This document shows positions 40,080 to 55,373 of a DNA stretch of 64,000 nucleotides, piece after piece. Source of the DNA: Torpedo marmorata (taxonomy: Eukaryota). The stretch covers positions 84,630,001-84,694,000 of the forward strand of contig OZ360228.1 in the NCBI GenBank assembly GCA_977017645.1, given 5' to 3'. The notes beneath the pieces are model-generated. The model did not search any database. It saw only the letters and a list, made by a program, of their open reading frames with translations, and had not been told where the DNA came from. Position 1 is the first letter of the stretch. The number at the start of each line of letters is the position of its first letter. The position numbers were made by a program, and so were the translations under genes.

Positions 40080-40852
40080 CAAGGACAAGCTTGCCCATAT
40101 TTTTCCTAATTTTAATCCAATCTGTGATAAGTGTAATTTGCAAGTGGCTTAATTGACCCATATGTTTTGGTCTTGTCCGGTTCTGGAAAGATATTGGAAA
40201 GATGTCTTTGGTACTCTTTCAGTAATCCTCGCAATTGATTTACAACCAAATCCATTAACTGCTCTTTTTGGAGTTTTAGGAGCAGATGTTGGTCGTTGTC
40301 CGGCTTCTGCTCATCGGATGATAGCTTTTACCACTCTGATGGCTAGGAGAGCAATTCTTCTTAAATGGAAGGACCCCACTCCACCTACTATAGTTCAATG
40401 GTTTTCTCAAACCATGACCTGTTTGAATTTAGAGAAAATTAGAAGTGCTACATTTGATCCCTCCGTTAAATTTGAAGATACTTGGCGCCCATTCATACAA
40501 TATTTTCGTATGATATAATTTCTAACGTTTTCTGTGATTTATTGTCCCTTCCTGATACCATTAAGCTTCTTTTTTGGAGGAGGACCAAGCTTCTTATGTG
40601 TGATGAACGCTGATCCAAGGCTTTCCAGTTTGTTTGTTTTTTTCTTTATTAGATTAGTATAGGGGGTTTTTACCATAATGTGAATTTTTTCCTTCCTTTT
40701 TTTTTTTCTTTGATTGAGTATGGGGAGATGAAGATACTATTATTATGTACTGATTGTTGTATATTGTAATCCTTTCAATCATGTATCCTTATTCTCTCCA
40801 TTCTTAGTTTATTGTATGTTTTATATTAAAATCAATAAAAAGATTGAAAAAG
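40080..40852 (+). mobile_element. L1-clade 3' fragment inserted in a Rex1-type tail
   Basis: CDKC...HMFWSCP...LEKIRS; 12-bp TSD AAAGTCA(T/C)CATC at 40068-40079 and 40853-40864. Confidence 0.85.
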
Positions 40853-42540
40853 AAAGTCACCATCATCACTTGCCCTGACCGTATCTCAAGTTTACACAGC
40901 CCTAATTTCTGACTGTCCACCAAACAGAATATCCATTCTCACGCACCTTCATTCTGATTTAACCCATCTGCAACTGAAAAGCTCATTAATATCTTTGCCA
41001 TATCTGTATCTGAAGATTACTGCTCACCTTCCAGTCCTCCAATTCTTGTTAGTTTATGTGGACAGATTCGTCTCACATCACACTCCACACACTCATCATA
41101 TTTTCCCTGCTGACTTGCTTTGCCTCACATTCCCCAACACATCCCTGTATTTAAATGCCTGGTCCCGTTAAGTAATCTCTTCTAAAGCAACTACTCTCTC
41201 CAACATTTTCTTTTCACTCCTGCATCACAGTTTTATTTCCCATCAAACACTCAACGCTCTCAAATTCCTTTTAGTAAATTCCTCCACCTCAAATTCTTTA
41301 CTGTCAAATTTAAACTCCACATTTACTTGATACTACTATTGGATATGAGCACCATTGCCAAGGCCAACATTTTTGCCCATCCCTCATTGCCTTTCAGTAG
41401 GTTATGGCGAGTTGCTTTCTTGAACAGCTGCACTCACAAGCTTAACATTATTTCCTCCCTACCACCCCCCCCCCCCCACCACCACACTGAAATTTAGGGG
41501 AGATTTATAGGTTTTGAACTCAGTGCCGCAAATCAGTTTAGTGTTTGATGGAGAGGAATCTGCAGGTGTTAGTGGATTTCTCTTGACTTTCTAGTTGCTA
41601 GATGTTAGAAGTATTTGAAGGTGTGCCTTCAGAGCAACCTTGGTTAGAAGTATTTGAGGTGTATTTAAGTAACCAGTCCGTACACTGCAACTAGTAACGG
41701 AGAGTGGAAGAATTCAGAAGATGGATGGTGAGCCAAGTAAACAGGTTAGTTAGTTCTGAACTTGATAAGTGTGTTGGAGCTGCACTTATTCATGTTAGTG
41801 TATCCCATCAAACCCCGACCAGATGGTTGGATTTTTGGAGTCAAGGCTGTGTTTTTTTTTTAAAAAAGGATTGGCCTTCCATTCAATGTGCACAGCACTA
41901 TGATTCTGTACCAATATGCCCTTCTGCACAACACTGACCTAACATCAGGTGCAGACAAAATGCAAGAATCTATAATGAAGCAGAGCACTGGAGAATGGAG
42001 TTGAGGCAGAAGATCAACTATGGATTTGGCGAAGGATGGAAAAGGCTCCAAATTGCTCCTATTTCTTTTATATGTTCTTATATGCTCCACACAATTTTCT
42101 TGTGAAGTTTTCCATTTTAAAGGCAGAATGTTAAGAGTGGTATTAGGGAAAGCAGTGATAGATGCATTAATGAGATGACTGATGAGAAGTTAGAACAGAC
42201 ATAGGACATTATATAAGGAGGCAGAATACTTCTCTGTAATTTTTCTAATTCTTCCTGCACTGTTTCTTGCAAATTGTGTAGATTAAGACAGTAGTGCAAA
42301 AATAGTGAGAAAACATAAGCAAATGACAAAACAGGTTGACTTCAGGCTGGGCCAAAGACATGAATGAATCCACTGATGCAAAGAGAACATCTGGACATGC
42401 TCTGTAAAATATTTCATCAATGAATATTTATGGGTACAGAAATTTGACCAAAACTCTTAAAAGAAGTGCATACCTAAACACTATTATTGGCATACCATCT
42501 GCACTCATGCTAATAAAATTCTTCAATCACATTAGTCTCA

Positions 42541-42726
<186 letters not shown>

Positions 42727-43067
42727 TCATTGCTAACTAAAGTAAATCTTCACATCTAAAAAACAGTGAGTCAGAATTTGATCTATTAAGTCAACTGGGT
42801 GCAGTGTAAACCCACATCTAATTTGCTATGAGCTTGCTTTGTAGTACAATTCCATCTGATTTGAATTCTGGTAACTGATATTCATTCATATCACATATTA
42901 TGTATTGTATGCCCTGAAAGTTAGAATGCACACATGCATTTGTCTTTTGCAGCAGCTTTGTGCTTTCTCACCACAGTACATCACAGTATTCTCTCCACAG
43001 CTGTGACAATTTTAGTGTCTTTTAGTGTCAAGCTTTCCCTTTTTCTGTACATAACTCTCAACAGTTA

Positions 43068-43346
<279 letters not shown>

Positions 43347-46022
43347 TCAGATTACATAAAAATTGCTAACTTTATCCTATGCTGATAGTGTTGAGCTGAC
43401 CTTAACATATCTCTGTATTTTAATTCCAAATTTAGACAGAATCCACAGTGATGGTATTTTCCTTTCTTTTAATACATTTCATAAATATATCAAAATGATA
43501 GTCTAGCTTCCTAAACATTTCCTGAAAGATCATGTCTAACAGCTTCCCTCATATATTAAGGATTTCAGAAAAAAAAAATCCTACATTTACAGAATGTTGG
43601 AAAATTTCCCTTCTACACTACCACAGGACATCAACAGTATTTTCAAATATGAGCTTAATGTCGTGCTGAAAGTACTCAGCAGATAAGACAGCGTCTGTGG
43701 GCAGTGAAACAGGTCAAATATCTTTTGAATTCGTGATGAGAGGAGCAAAGTAATGGCAGGAATTTCAGAGCTCAGGCTGCTGAAGGCCTGGCAGCCAGCA
43801 GAAGAGTGCTACATGTGGGATGATTATGTGACTAGAAATGAAGGAACACAGATGTTTCAGAGATTCTTGTGGTGAAGAGGATTTTCCTGTATTTGCAGTT
43901 CTTCTGATTTTCATTTACTTCAAAATGAGACTGGCCGACTAGGTAATTTGGCCTTTCTTCAGTCCAAGCAGTTTGGGATGGAAACAATACTCCAGACAAG
44001 CAAGCAGTCTCACATCTGTGCTCTCTGTAAGAGTTCTGCATGTGTTTTTGACCTCAGCTCAAACTGGAGGCCAATCTGTTGGCTGGGCAGTATTTGGCCA
44101 GAAGATAAAGGGAAGACTCATGACTTGGGAAAGAGGCAATATTTTCCATAATGTTGTACAAAACATCAATGGAAGTAAACATCTTTGAGTAAATTCAAAG
44201 GTAGTTAATTATAATGTTGAACTCTACAAAGAAGTTATTGATGTAGACACCCCCACACCATCTCCACACATAGCAGCTGCAAATAAATTGCCGCACAAAG
44301 AACTCTAAGATCAGAAAAATCACTAAACACATATCAGAGGTCATAATCTATCTTTTAATCTTAGAATTTCAAAAATAATTTAATTTCATGAAGATAAATT
44401 TGAGTCATTTTGCCAAAGCTGTCAGCACTGTGCGCTATGTACAAAGGAAGGTCAGAGTGTAAAACCCATTGAAATTAATAAAATCCGAACAAGCCAGGAT
44501 ATGATCTCTTTCCACAAGAAACACTGTCAAATAACTTGACATTGCAACATATTATGTGGTATAATTAATATTACAATTTATGCAGAGACATCGGCATAAA
44601 AATTATGCCTCTATTTTTTTCCAATCCTGCTATTGAAGTAATGAGGCCTGTTATTTTGGTGTCCTGAGCAGTCCTCTCTTTAATAGCATCTTTTCAAAGT
44701 GAATCATTTTCTGGGCCCTCTCTGCCCAAGACTTTTTAGCAGATGAAAGGCAGGTCATAAGTAACCCTAGTTCCTGTAGAACCACAGGAAGTAGGCCTGT
44801 TCCCTCAATTAGCAGGTCCAAATCAATTCCATCCCTTCTCCACAGTATACAGTTCACTCAATCTCACCACCACCCCACCTCTTCCGACAGCTAATGCAAC
44901 TTGATATGTTCTTCACTGGACTACATCTTAAGATTACTAGCAGGCATCCTCAGCTCAACTGACTTATTTAAATAATTTTGAGCAGGCCTTGGGCTTGCCT
45001 ATTTCTGTGTTTAACCCATTCATCGTGCTGAGTTTGTGTTGGCAGACTCATTTCCCCATTTATCTTGGGTAAATTACACTGTTCTCCACAAAATACGTCA
45101 CTACAGGTTCCAATGCAATTTATACCTGTCACCAGTATCTTGAAAAACATAAATTGATACAGTTCCATCAACAAATACCTACTTCTCAAGCTTATATTTT
45201 TGCCAGTTTTTCATAATTTTATTATCCATGCAGATTCTCATGTTCACATATTTAAATGAAAATTGCCTCCTTTTAAAGTTGTCATACTATAATTCCATCA
45301 TCCTATCAATGGTGATTCTATAACACACTGATCATCTCCCTATACTTCATCTTGTCCTGCAGAAAAACTGCTGTCCTACAACCAAATATCCTCCCCAAAC
45401 TCCCCTTGCTCCACTAATAGTTAATTTTAAATAACATTAAATCAAAGTAATGTAGCATGTTCAATTTGCAGTCATATACATTCTCTGACAGGGAATAAGG
45501 ATAAGACACCACAAGATAGGAATAATAAAAGGTCACTGATCCCATCCAACGACCTGTGAAGATGCAGGTACAATGTCGTTGGGTTAGAAATTCCATGATT
45601 AGGACCAACAAACACAAGCGGCTGATAGGAAAGCAGTGTTCCCATGTATGTGCTACCCTTGTCTTTCTTGGTGGCAGAGACTGTGGGTTTGGGATGTGCT
45701 ATCAGTCACTGAAGCAAGAAACTGCAGTGCATTTTGCAGATGGTATATTCTGTAGCTATGGTAGAGGGTATTAATGTTTAGGGCAGTGGATGGGATACTG
45801 ATCAACCAGGCAGCTTTGTCCCTAATGGGTCAAGTTTTTGAGTGCAGTTGAAGTCATCCATGCAAATAGAAAATCCTTTTCATCATGCATCTTACTTGTG
45901 CCTTCTACAGGATAGAGAGCATTTGAGGTATCAGGGGCTTACACCAAAACCTGATGAAGGCCATTGACCTGAACCATCCACATTTCCTCCTCCCACTCCC
46001 CCTGAAATAAGTGCTGCTAGAC

Positions 46023-46185
46023 CAGTGGTTCTCAACCTCCCCCCCCCCCCACTCACATACCACCTTAAGTAATCCCTTACTAACCACAGAGCATCTGTGG
46101 CATAGGATTCCATAGGTGCTCTGTGGTTAGTAAGGGATTACTTAAGGTGGTATGTGAGTGGGCAAAAAAAGGTTGAGAACCACTG
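46023..46185. mobile_element. Palindromic hAT/Charlie-type MITE
   Basis: TIR CAGTGGTTCTCAACCT; 8-bp TSD TGCTAGAC / TACTAGAC; inner ~52-bp arms. Confidence 0.92.
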
Positions 46186-47489
46186 TACTAGACCCACTAT
46201 TTGCTTTTTGCTCCAGATTCCAACCTGCAGTCTCACGTGTCACCAAATGAATATTGCTGGCTCATTTGGGTTCTGGTCGCTGGTGACTCCCAGAATGCTG
46301 AGGGTTGAATTGGTGATACTAAAAGTCCTGGATTCAAAATGCTTTTAAATTATAACAAAAAAGCTATACATTTTATAGTAATTGCAGCAAATAAATTATT
46401 TTAGCTTCCTCTTCTGGTCAGAAACAATTATTTCTCTGTAAGACCATCATTAACTGCATTTCTTAATCAGTGAGATTTGTGTTTAATAAAGCACATTATA
46501 TTCTGGGCTTTATTTCTTGTTTTGCTTTCAGTTTTATCATTTAGTTGCATTTACTTTTTCTCTGAAGGATTTATTTCCTTTTGTAATTTCCTCAATTTAG
46601 ATTGCAACATGTTGGATGCTTCATATGGGATGTGTGGAATATTTATCTTCAGTTGCCAAAAGGGTTGAAAATGGAAGGCCACTGTAAATATAAACAATCC
46701 CATCATCAGGGTCCTTGGGCCATGTATTGCTCACTGGGGACCACGTGCCTTTGTTTCAGCAATACAAAATCAACAGTGTCAGGACAATCCAGAGGAGGAT
46801 GAGGCTGGCCTCCTGTATTTGTAAAGCTGGCAGGGTGTAGTGCAAATTGTCCAGCATTTTGAGACAATTCTCAACTCACAGTGTACTTTTATTCAGCCTT
46901 CAACTTGCTGGGGTTTGTATGCTTTAATAAGTCTGCTATGAACCCTCATTATGTTTTCAGTAAATCTGTTATATTTATTCAGAGGATATTAATTTCTTGA
47001 GGAATAGACCATTGGTAATGATAATCAGGCTGATTTTACTCAACTTTTACAGCACTTTAATTTTTAACAGGCTTCAATGGCTTTTTATTTAATTAAACCT
47101 CTGTAATCTTTAATTTTAATTGATGTAATGTTTCCTGTTTTAATATAAATTCTTTCCTCTTCTTAAGTTCCTTTCTTGAAACATCACACTGTCTCACCCA
47201 GAAGATGGTCAAGAGATTAGATACCTGAACATCAAAGCAACTTTAACACATGACTAACAAGAAGAATAATTTGCCCTCCAATTTGCTCTTCATTTGCCTG
47301 CTTTCACCCTCTCTAAAATATGCCTGAGATTAATTTCAATGGGACATTAATGCTTTGCTTACAAAACAATGTTAACAAATCAGAGGTCACAGTATAAAAT
47401 AAGTACAATTCTATAGTAGTTAACTCTGTGTAATCACAATTTTAGATTTATTGCCTGTTTTCTCCTGTTTTCAATTAGTCACAAACTTT

Positions 47490-47712
47490 GAAACAGTAAA
47501 ATCTCCCAACACGATGTTTCAAAGAAGAGGAGAGGAATTCGCTTGATATCTAGACAATATTTACCACTCAGTATCATCTAAAAATGAATTAATTGACTTT
47601 TTATTCCACAGTACCTTACAATACTTTGCTGCTGGAAATGAATTGTCTCATTTCTTATAATAACCTGGTGACTGTACTTCACAAAAACATCCTTGGTTGT
47701 AAAGCAGATTGG
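47490..47712 (+). mobile_element. Decayed Deu-domain SINE
   Basis: Degenerate Deu core and 3' part (gtgactgtacttca...ttggttgtaaagc). Confidence 0.45.
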
Positions 47713-47714
47713 AC

Positions 47715-48040
47715 AATAATGATAATGAGTTTATTGTCATACACAAGCATACAATGTGCATATGCACTGAAATTCTTACTTTCTATAGCCAAACAGGTAC
47801 TTTTGTTTAAAAAAAAGCAACAATCATGTATATTAAATTACCCTAGGAAGGAAAAAGATAATAAACAAAAAGACAGATAGATAATATTCACAGATATAGA
47901 TGGTGTAAGGCAGGTCTTTTTATGGTCCTGGAGCAGCCTACGGTTAGGGTAGTAAGGGGAGGTTCAGGAGTCTGATAGCTGTTGGAAAAAACACCGTTCT
48001 TGAGCCTGGAGGTGCTGGACCTCAAACTTCTGTACCTTCA
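47715..48040 (-). mobile_element. Rex1-type LINE 3' tail
   Basis: RT end plus gtaagaatttc...tgacaataaa tail on the minus strand. Confidence 0.65.
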
Positions 48041-48819
48041 AATAGTGGCCATAAAATGTCAATTCAAATGCAGACCTTTGAATCAAAATCTGTTCTAATT
48101 GTTTTGATTCTTAATACTCTATACACTTTGTCGTCTGATTGCCCCAATGAATCCTGCAGTTTCACACAACAACACCAACAAAGGAACATTCAGTCCTACC
48201 TATAACCCCAGATTTAGCCAATTTCTCGAGAGGGGTTTCTTTTGTACTCTTCCAGTTCCTGTCCAAAGTATTGAATTAATTTTGGAGTCCACATTTTACA
48301 ATGATATATTGCTGTTGTTTAGAACTTCTAAGCGGAAATATTTCCAGAAGAGAAAATTGTACTTAAAAGTGCTCTTTGAAAATACTTCCAGTCAAAGCTA
48401 AACCCAGTAAATGATACAATCAGGTGGCATCAGACATTGTGACTTTGGCATCTTCCGGCACTCCCACACAGTATTCAATCGCACTGAAACTAATGGAACT
48501 GAACTTCAGAAGAGGAGAGCATAAGGCCAATTTATTGGTAGTTTCTAAAGAAAAAATTTCCACCTTTAGGATTTAGAAATGCTGACTGGATCACCATTTA
48601 TAAAGGAAACAAGGAAGATACAAAACCCTTCAAGACAACCAGAAATCCTGAGCCAGATATTGCCCGATTGGACCCAGAAACTCAGGAAGTCAAATTAATT
48701 TGTGCTGAGTTATAAGTAAATACAGAAGAAGCTGAAGTAAAACGCAATATGATACAAATACATGAATGGTAAGAGTATTAAAAGTAAGATGGTTGGACCA
48801 GAACCATTAGCATAGTGAT

Positions 48820-48962
48820 TCTTTGATGAAGGGCTCAAGACCGAAACGTTGGTTATGTATTTCTACATTTGCTACATAAAAGACACTGTTTGAACTGCTG
48901 AGCTTCTCCAGCAGTTGTGTTTTTTACTTCAACCACGGTGTCTACAGATTTTCGTGATTTAC
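48820..48962 (+). mobile_element. Penelope terminal fragment beginning at the hammerhead-like motif
   Basis: Highly similar to 26150-26260. Confidence 0.8.
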
Positions 48963-49189
48963 TTCCCATTAGCATAGTGGAACTACTAGGAATTGTGTGT
49001 AGCAAAGGGAAAATTGCAATCAAATCCTGAGGATGGAAATAAGAACAAAATTCCAAGTATAGGATGCTTCATCCCTGGGGATTGCATCATGATGCATTGA
49101 GAGATTTGCATGCTTGCGAGTTCTGCTAATGGGAGTCCGTTCATCCTTGCTGCCACTACCAATGAATCATGATCCTAACCTTCCACCCA

Positions 49190-49798
49190 ATTAACATCTT
49201 TTGTCTGTTGGCCTGTGCTCCTCCCCCTGCCCTTTCTCCCTTTCTTGCCTTGTCCCAGCCTTTTAATCCAGACACCTGCCTGCTTTTTACTCATACCTTG
49301 AGGAAGGGCTCAGGCCCGAAACTTTGGTTATATATCTTGACCTCCTTTTGACACTGCAAGACCTGCCGAGTTCCTTCAGCATTTCTGTGTTTTTACGATA
49401 ATTACAGCGTCTTCAGACTTTAGTGTTACACTCCATTCAGTTGCTCCACTGCAAAATCTCTTCAAGGGATGCCTACCCTGAAGAAGTTCCCTTCCTCTTA
49501 TTTGAAGGGAGTTCTGTGAGAGCCTCTCTCACTGCTCCCCATCTGCACGCCCTGCTGCTCTCAAACTCTAATCAACACCTTTTGCCTGTTGGTCTGTGCT
49601 CCTCCCCCTGCCCTTTCTTTCCTTCTCCCCAGCCTTTTAATTCAGGCACCTGCTTGTTTTTTACTCATACCTTGAGGAAGGGCTCAGGCTCAAAACATCG
49701 GTTATATATCTTTACCACCTAGGGACACTACGAGTTCTTCCAGCATTTCTGTGTTTTTATTACAATCACAGCATCTGCAGACTTTTGTGTTTCACTTC
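49190..49798 (+). mobile_element. Tandem pair of Penelope terminal repeats
   Basis: Two diverged ~230-bp direct repeats; hammerhead-like motifs at 49297 and 49671 (374 bp apart); no RT or EN between. Confidence 0.8.
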
Positions 49799-52694
49799 CA
49801 CCCAACCAGACAACTGGGATGCTCTTGCCCCTTCGCACCCTAATGCCCTGCTCCTGCCCTTGGAGTTTCTGGTGCTGAACCTGGCTGATGTTCTGATCCT
49901 CCCACAAACCCCATGCCTTTCTCCACAGCCACTTGATCTACCTTAGTACCTCTGCTAACTCCACAATGTGTGTTTAGTAATAAGGCCTGTTTATCACACA
50001 CAATGCTTTGGGCAGAGCTAATTGGTTTAATACATGACTGCTACTTCATCCAGTGTGCCAAAGAAACCACAGATGACAATTCATCAACAAAAGTACAAGA
50101 ATGCATCAGCAAGTGGATATGAAATGAAGGTCTTGGGAAGCCTGGGAAAAACAAATCAGGGAATTATAATTTTTGTTGTGACCTAGGAGTCAGAAATGCC
50201 CTAGACTAGGAACAATGATAAAAAGTAAATTGGGGGAGATTGTTTACAGCAGTTCAGAATGGGACAAACATGAAAGTTATTTTTTTTTTTAAACCAGCAG
50301 ACTCCATAACAGATGTATGGCAAAATTAACAAAGACATTAAAAGAACCAGCTGAAGAGAAAAACAACCTGTGGAAATCCTGTGAGGAGGCAGTGCAAGGC
50401 CAATACTGGAATTCATTTAAAATGCACAAGGATGTTCAAACGGAAAAAAAACCAGAACCAGAAAATGACTTAAAAATGGGGGCAAAGTACAAAATATTTT
50501 AATACCACAGAGCTAGTCAGAGAAGTGAAAAACATGAAATGGAAAATGAAATAGAGAATGAGAACAAATGAGCTAATATATTCAATAACTATATTTGCCA
50601 AACTAGAAATTATTTTACTACCATAACGATCACAAGATTCAAATGTGAGTTCACAGAACAGCAATGTCAAGTAATCTAACATCATGCCAATTCCACTACA
50701 ATGCACCCTAATGATCTTCTGAAGGTTTTCACAGCTGGTAGTATTTAGTGCAGTAGCTACCTTCTCAGCAGCCACTCTGAAAGGGATATATCGCAATATA
50801 AACAGTGTGCTTCCAGCTACAGGGGCATGCTGGTAGCTTTTGAATGGATATTGCAATGATGGGAGTAAGTATGAAGTTCATTTGGACATCCCATGTGCTG
50901 GTTACCTGCAGGCAATATGAATTCAGAAAGGGAACGCATACTTCAGAAGCTTTCTTAACTGCAAGGAGGTAACAAATGAGACGGACCACAGAAAGTAGTA
51001 GATGGTGTATCTCAACATCTCAATAGCTCTTGATGAAGTTCCAGATGAAATGATAGGAAATAAACTCAAAGCTGTGGGTAGTTAAAGAGAACCATAAGAG
51101 TAGCTGGTGGGCAGAGAACAACTAGTCTTTGATACAGGAGGTTTGATAGAATGAGCTAAATGGGGCAGGAAGAGGACTGACTGAGTTGTGCTTGGGTTTG
51201 ATGTTTCTAATTTCCTTAATACCAAACATTTGGACCAATTTTTGGTTCCTCCTAACAATTTTTTACCCTCAGCTTGGGAGTCATTTAATCTTTGAAAGAA
51301 TTTTTTAGCTTATAAAAAAGGCAGATGGTTGATCTGAAGTTCGTGCAACCATGATACATGTGGCCTTACTAAAGCTCCACAAATTATTTTAAAAGGAAGT
51401 TTCAATAATTTCAACATTTTGGAAAAAAACCTAGTTTAATTTAAAAGGTTTAATTATGTTCTTTTGTTAATTGATTAATATTTTGCTTGACCATACAACT
51501 TTCAATGCACTTCAGAGTAATTCATTCCATGGCAAGATCCTTCACAATTTCTGAGGGACCACACAAATGTAATTTTTTCCGCCGAATAGTGTTTGAATGG
51601 CTGAAAAATTGGGATAGAAATAAGTAATGAACTTGGCAAACTCCAAATATGCCAATGGTTTTAAATCATGAGTTCAAAATGATTTGCTTCAATATTTAAT
51701 CATGGCTTGTTTGTATAATTACTCATCCGATTTTCCCGCTGATCAGATCGTATGAAGGATATCAATGTTCCATTCTTGCATGGTATTTTTTTTTCATTCA
51801 GTTTGTGTTTGAGACTCTGTCATGAAGCCTATTTCATGAAGTCAATTTGCCTGAACAGAGCACAAAGAGGAGAATCAGGCAGAAGATCCCCATGTTCCCA
51901 ACAAAGCCTGCCTAGTTGTCTTCCCTTTAGATTCATGGAAGGAAAATCATTGGCCAGAACTCAACGCTCTGACAGGAGAGAATAAGATCAACCTGCATAT
52001 CTATATGACCACCATTGAAATTATGCAGAGCATTAAATTGGCTTGGCTCCCGTGTTTTACACTAAGCAATAAAATATTGCTCTGAAAAATTAATTAATAA
52101 AGTCAATCAGCTTAGAGTTTACGTTAAACTATGCAAAAGTTCCTTAAATTTGGATCTGAGAAGCTAGGTAAATATAATCTTTCTTATTTTACAGTGCAGC
52201 CAGACTTAAGAAATTCCCAATGCACTTAACTGTTCAGGCATCACAATTACCATTTTGTAGACATGACAGCACTCCACCTCTAATTACTGCAAAAATATAT
52301 ATTTTTTTAAAAATCACAATATTCACAACTGTATGCTTTTTCCCCCCAGAATGCAATTTTCTTTGTATGAATTCCCAACCCAGCATGTAAAGGGACTAAA
52401 CTGTACAAGGTTGTCCCAATAGCCATGCGATAGAGCTGTATTCCTACACTCTGCAACATTACCCACCTGTTGGCAAAGTGTCTGGGAATGTGACCTGAAC
52501 AAATTACTTACAGTAGGAGGGAAATGAACCCTATCTGTCACTGCATCCTCAAGGATTCAAATGCACAACTCTCAGCATGCAAATCCAAACTATTAAATCA
52601 AGGACTAATTTCAAGGTAGTGAAATGACTGAGATAATTTTTCTTACTTTGCTCTGGGGTGGGTTGAAGGGAGGTAACAGGCATTGCTAACTGGC

Positions 52695-52985
52695 ATCCCC
52701 CCTCCTCTTCCCCTTTCCAGTTCTCCTCCCTCCCTTCCCCCTCCCTTCACCTAGCCATCCCTCCTCCCCTTGATCTCTGCTGTCCCATCCCTCCCTTCTC
52801 CACCTATCACCTCCTGCCTTGCGACCACCCCTTCCCCCCTCTACACTTTTGTTCGGACGCTTACCGACATTTTCCCAAACCTTGATGAAGGGCTCAAGCC
52901 TGAAACGTCGGTTATGTATTTTTACCTTTGTTTTATAAAGGACACTGCTTGACCTGCTGAGTTTCTCCAGCTTTGTGTTTTTACT
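52695..52985 (+). mobile_element. Penelope terminal fragment
   Basis: Matches 25970-26260 including the hammerhead-like motif at 52878-52913. Confidence 0.85.
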
Positions 52986-53258
52986 ATTGCTTCCTAGTTG
53001 ATTGGTTCTTTAGTATCTGTCAATTTACAACTTTTTAAATTATTATTAAATAATTCAATGATGCCCATATTCCAGCACTTGTAATAGAACAAAAGAAAAA
53101 GGCTCAGATCTGGTAAAATAGCAAGGAAATATTACACATAATTAAAAATGTGAATATAAATAAATATGTAGCATTGAATATAATTTCAAATAGATATTTA
53201 TATTGCAGATATTGTTTAATCTCATTGTTGGGGTCACTGAAAGCAGTCACTAAACTCA

Positions 53259-53354
<96 letters not shown>

Positions 53355-54221
53355 CTACAAAAAAAGCAACATGAGATTTTAAAAGTATTTAGCAAAAAGG
53401 AGTTTCCAATCATTTCCAAGATCCAATAACTTCTTAAGAATTGAAACTCTGAAACATGTCACATTGAGCCTTTTCTTTAGATGAAAATGCTAAAACACCA
53501 CCACACCCTTTCTTTCCATTGCTACATCCTCCAATTGCAAATTCACCTTCAGCTCTGCAATATTACATTCTCAAAGCAAACAAAGCAGAACTTACAACAA
53601 ACTTTGTAGTTATCTTGTTAATAGGTTATGCTTGTGTTCATCAAAAAGATGCATTAAGTGCATTCTATCAAATAAAATTATTCATCATAAAATGTTTTAA
53701 GAGGGGAAGAATAAGCTCTTCGACCATTTAAAGCAATTTCCAAAGAATTAACTGATTATCGAGAAGCTTTGAAGAGGGTGCAGAGATTTACCAGGCCACT
53801 GCCTGGATTGGAGAATGTTTTATGAAGAAAGTTTGAGCCAGCTAAGGATTATATAGGTTGGCACAACATTGTGGGCCAAAGGGGCTATACAGTGCTCCTC
53901 TATGTTCTGTGAGCAATGTCTTTCAATGTTTAATGCTACATTAGGTTGGCTTAAGCAAGAAGATGCTTCCATTTGGTGAAACAAAGGATGTGTAATTGGG
54001 GCCCATGTTCATTAGAAAAAGTTCAAAGTTCAATCAAGAAGCAACAACGCATTTGGAATAAACAATTCATGATTTCCATTTTGATTTTAACTCATTCTGC
54101 TCCAAAATAAACTATTGAATGGGACAATCAACAAAAAACTACATCATGTTGAAGTGTGGTGTAGATTCTAGTTTTCACTTTGAAATCGCCATCTAGCTGC
54201 TCACTGAAGGAAACAATGTCA

Positions 54222-54567
<346 letters not shown>

Positions 54568-55373
54568 CTGTAATTAGAATACCTCTTGGGCAAGCTTGGG
54601 CAGAATTATTAATTTAAATGCAAGGTTACCTAATTGCTGTGGATGGTTTAAATTTGGAGGCTGCTCTTCAAAGACTTATCATGAAATAATTATACCACAC
54701 GTGGAAAGACCAATTACACAAATAAGTTTTCACAAACACATCAGGATCTTGAACATTTATATCAGAACTTCCAAACTCTTCTGCTTTAGAAAGTAACGTT
54801 ATGAATCGGCCCAAGGAATAGCTTAAATGGAGGACAAACGGTTCTCCTAATTTGGATCAAATGCACTGATATTCCTGAAGGACCTAATGTTTGACAGAAC
54901 ATCATTGCAGGCTTCAGAATAACCGCTTTTTAGTGCAAAGAACTTTAAAAATAATTTTCCAACCAGCAAGCTCAGTCCTCAAGTGCCACAGAACTTATGA
55001 TCTGATGAATGATGTTTGAAATAAGTTCCTAGAAACTGTACCTTCTTGCACCTTTATGTGTATATCATGTGCATCGGAAAATTGGACCAGCACGTCCTAT
55101 CATAATTCATCCCAAACCCACTGTCATTTCCTCAATCCATCTGCTGCATGTGATAATATTTTACATGTGCATGTCTCATTTAATTTGTTGACAAAAATTA
55201 AATCCAAAATCACAACCATCATAAATAACAAAATAAAATGAGCATATTAAGCTGAATGTAATGGACTATGAGATCACCAGATAGGTTATGTAGACGAAGA
55301 AAAAAAAACACCTTTTACATTTTTTCTTTAAAAAAAATCAATGCCAGAGCTGCTCTGTAAAGATCTGAAATAT

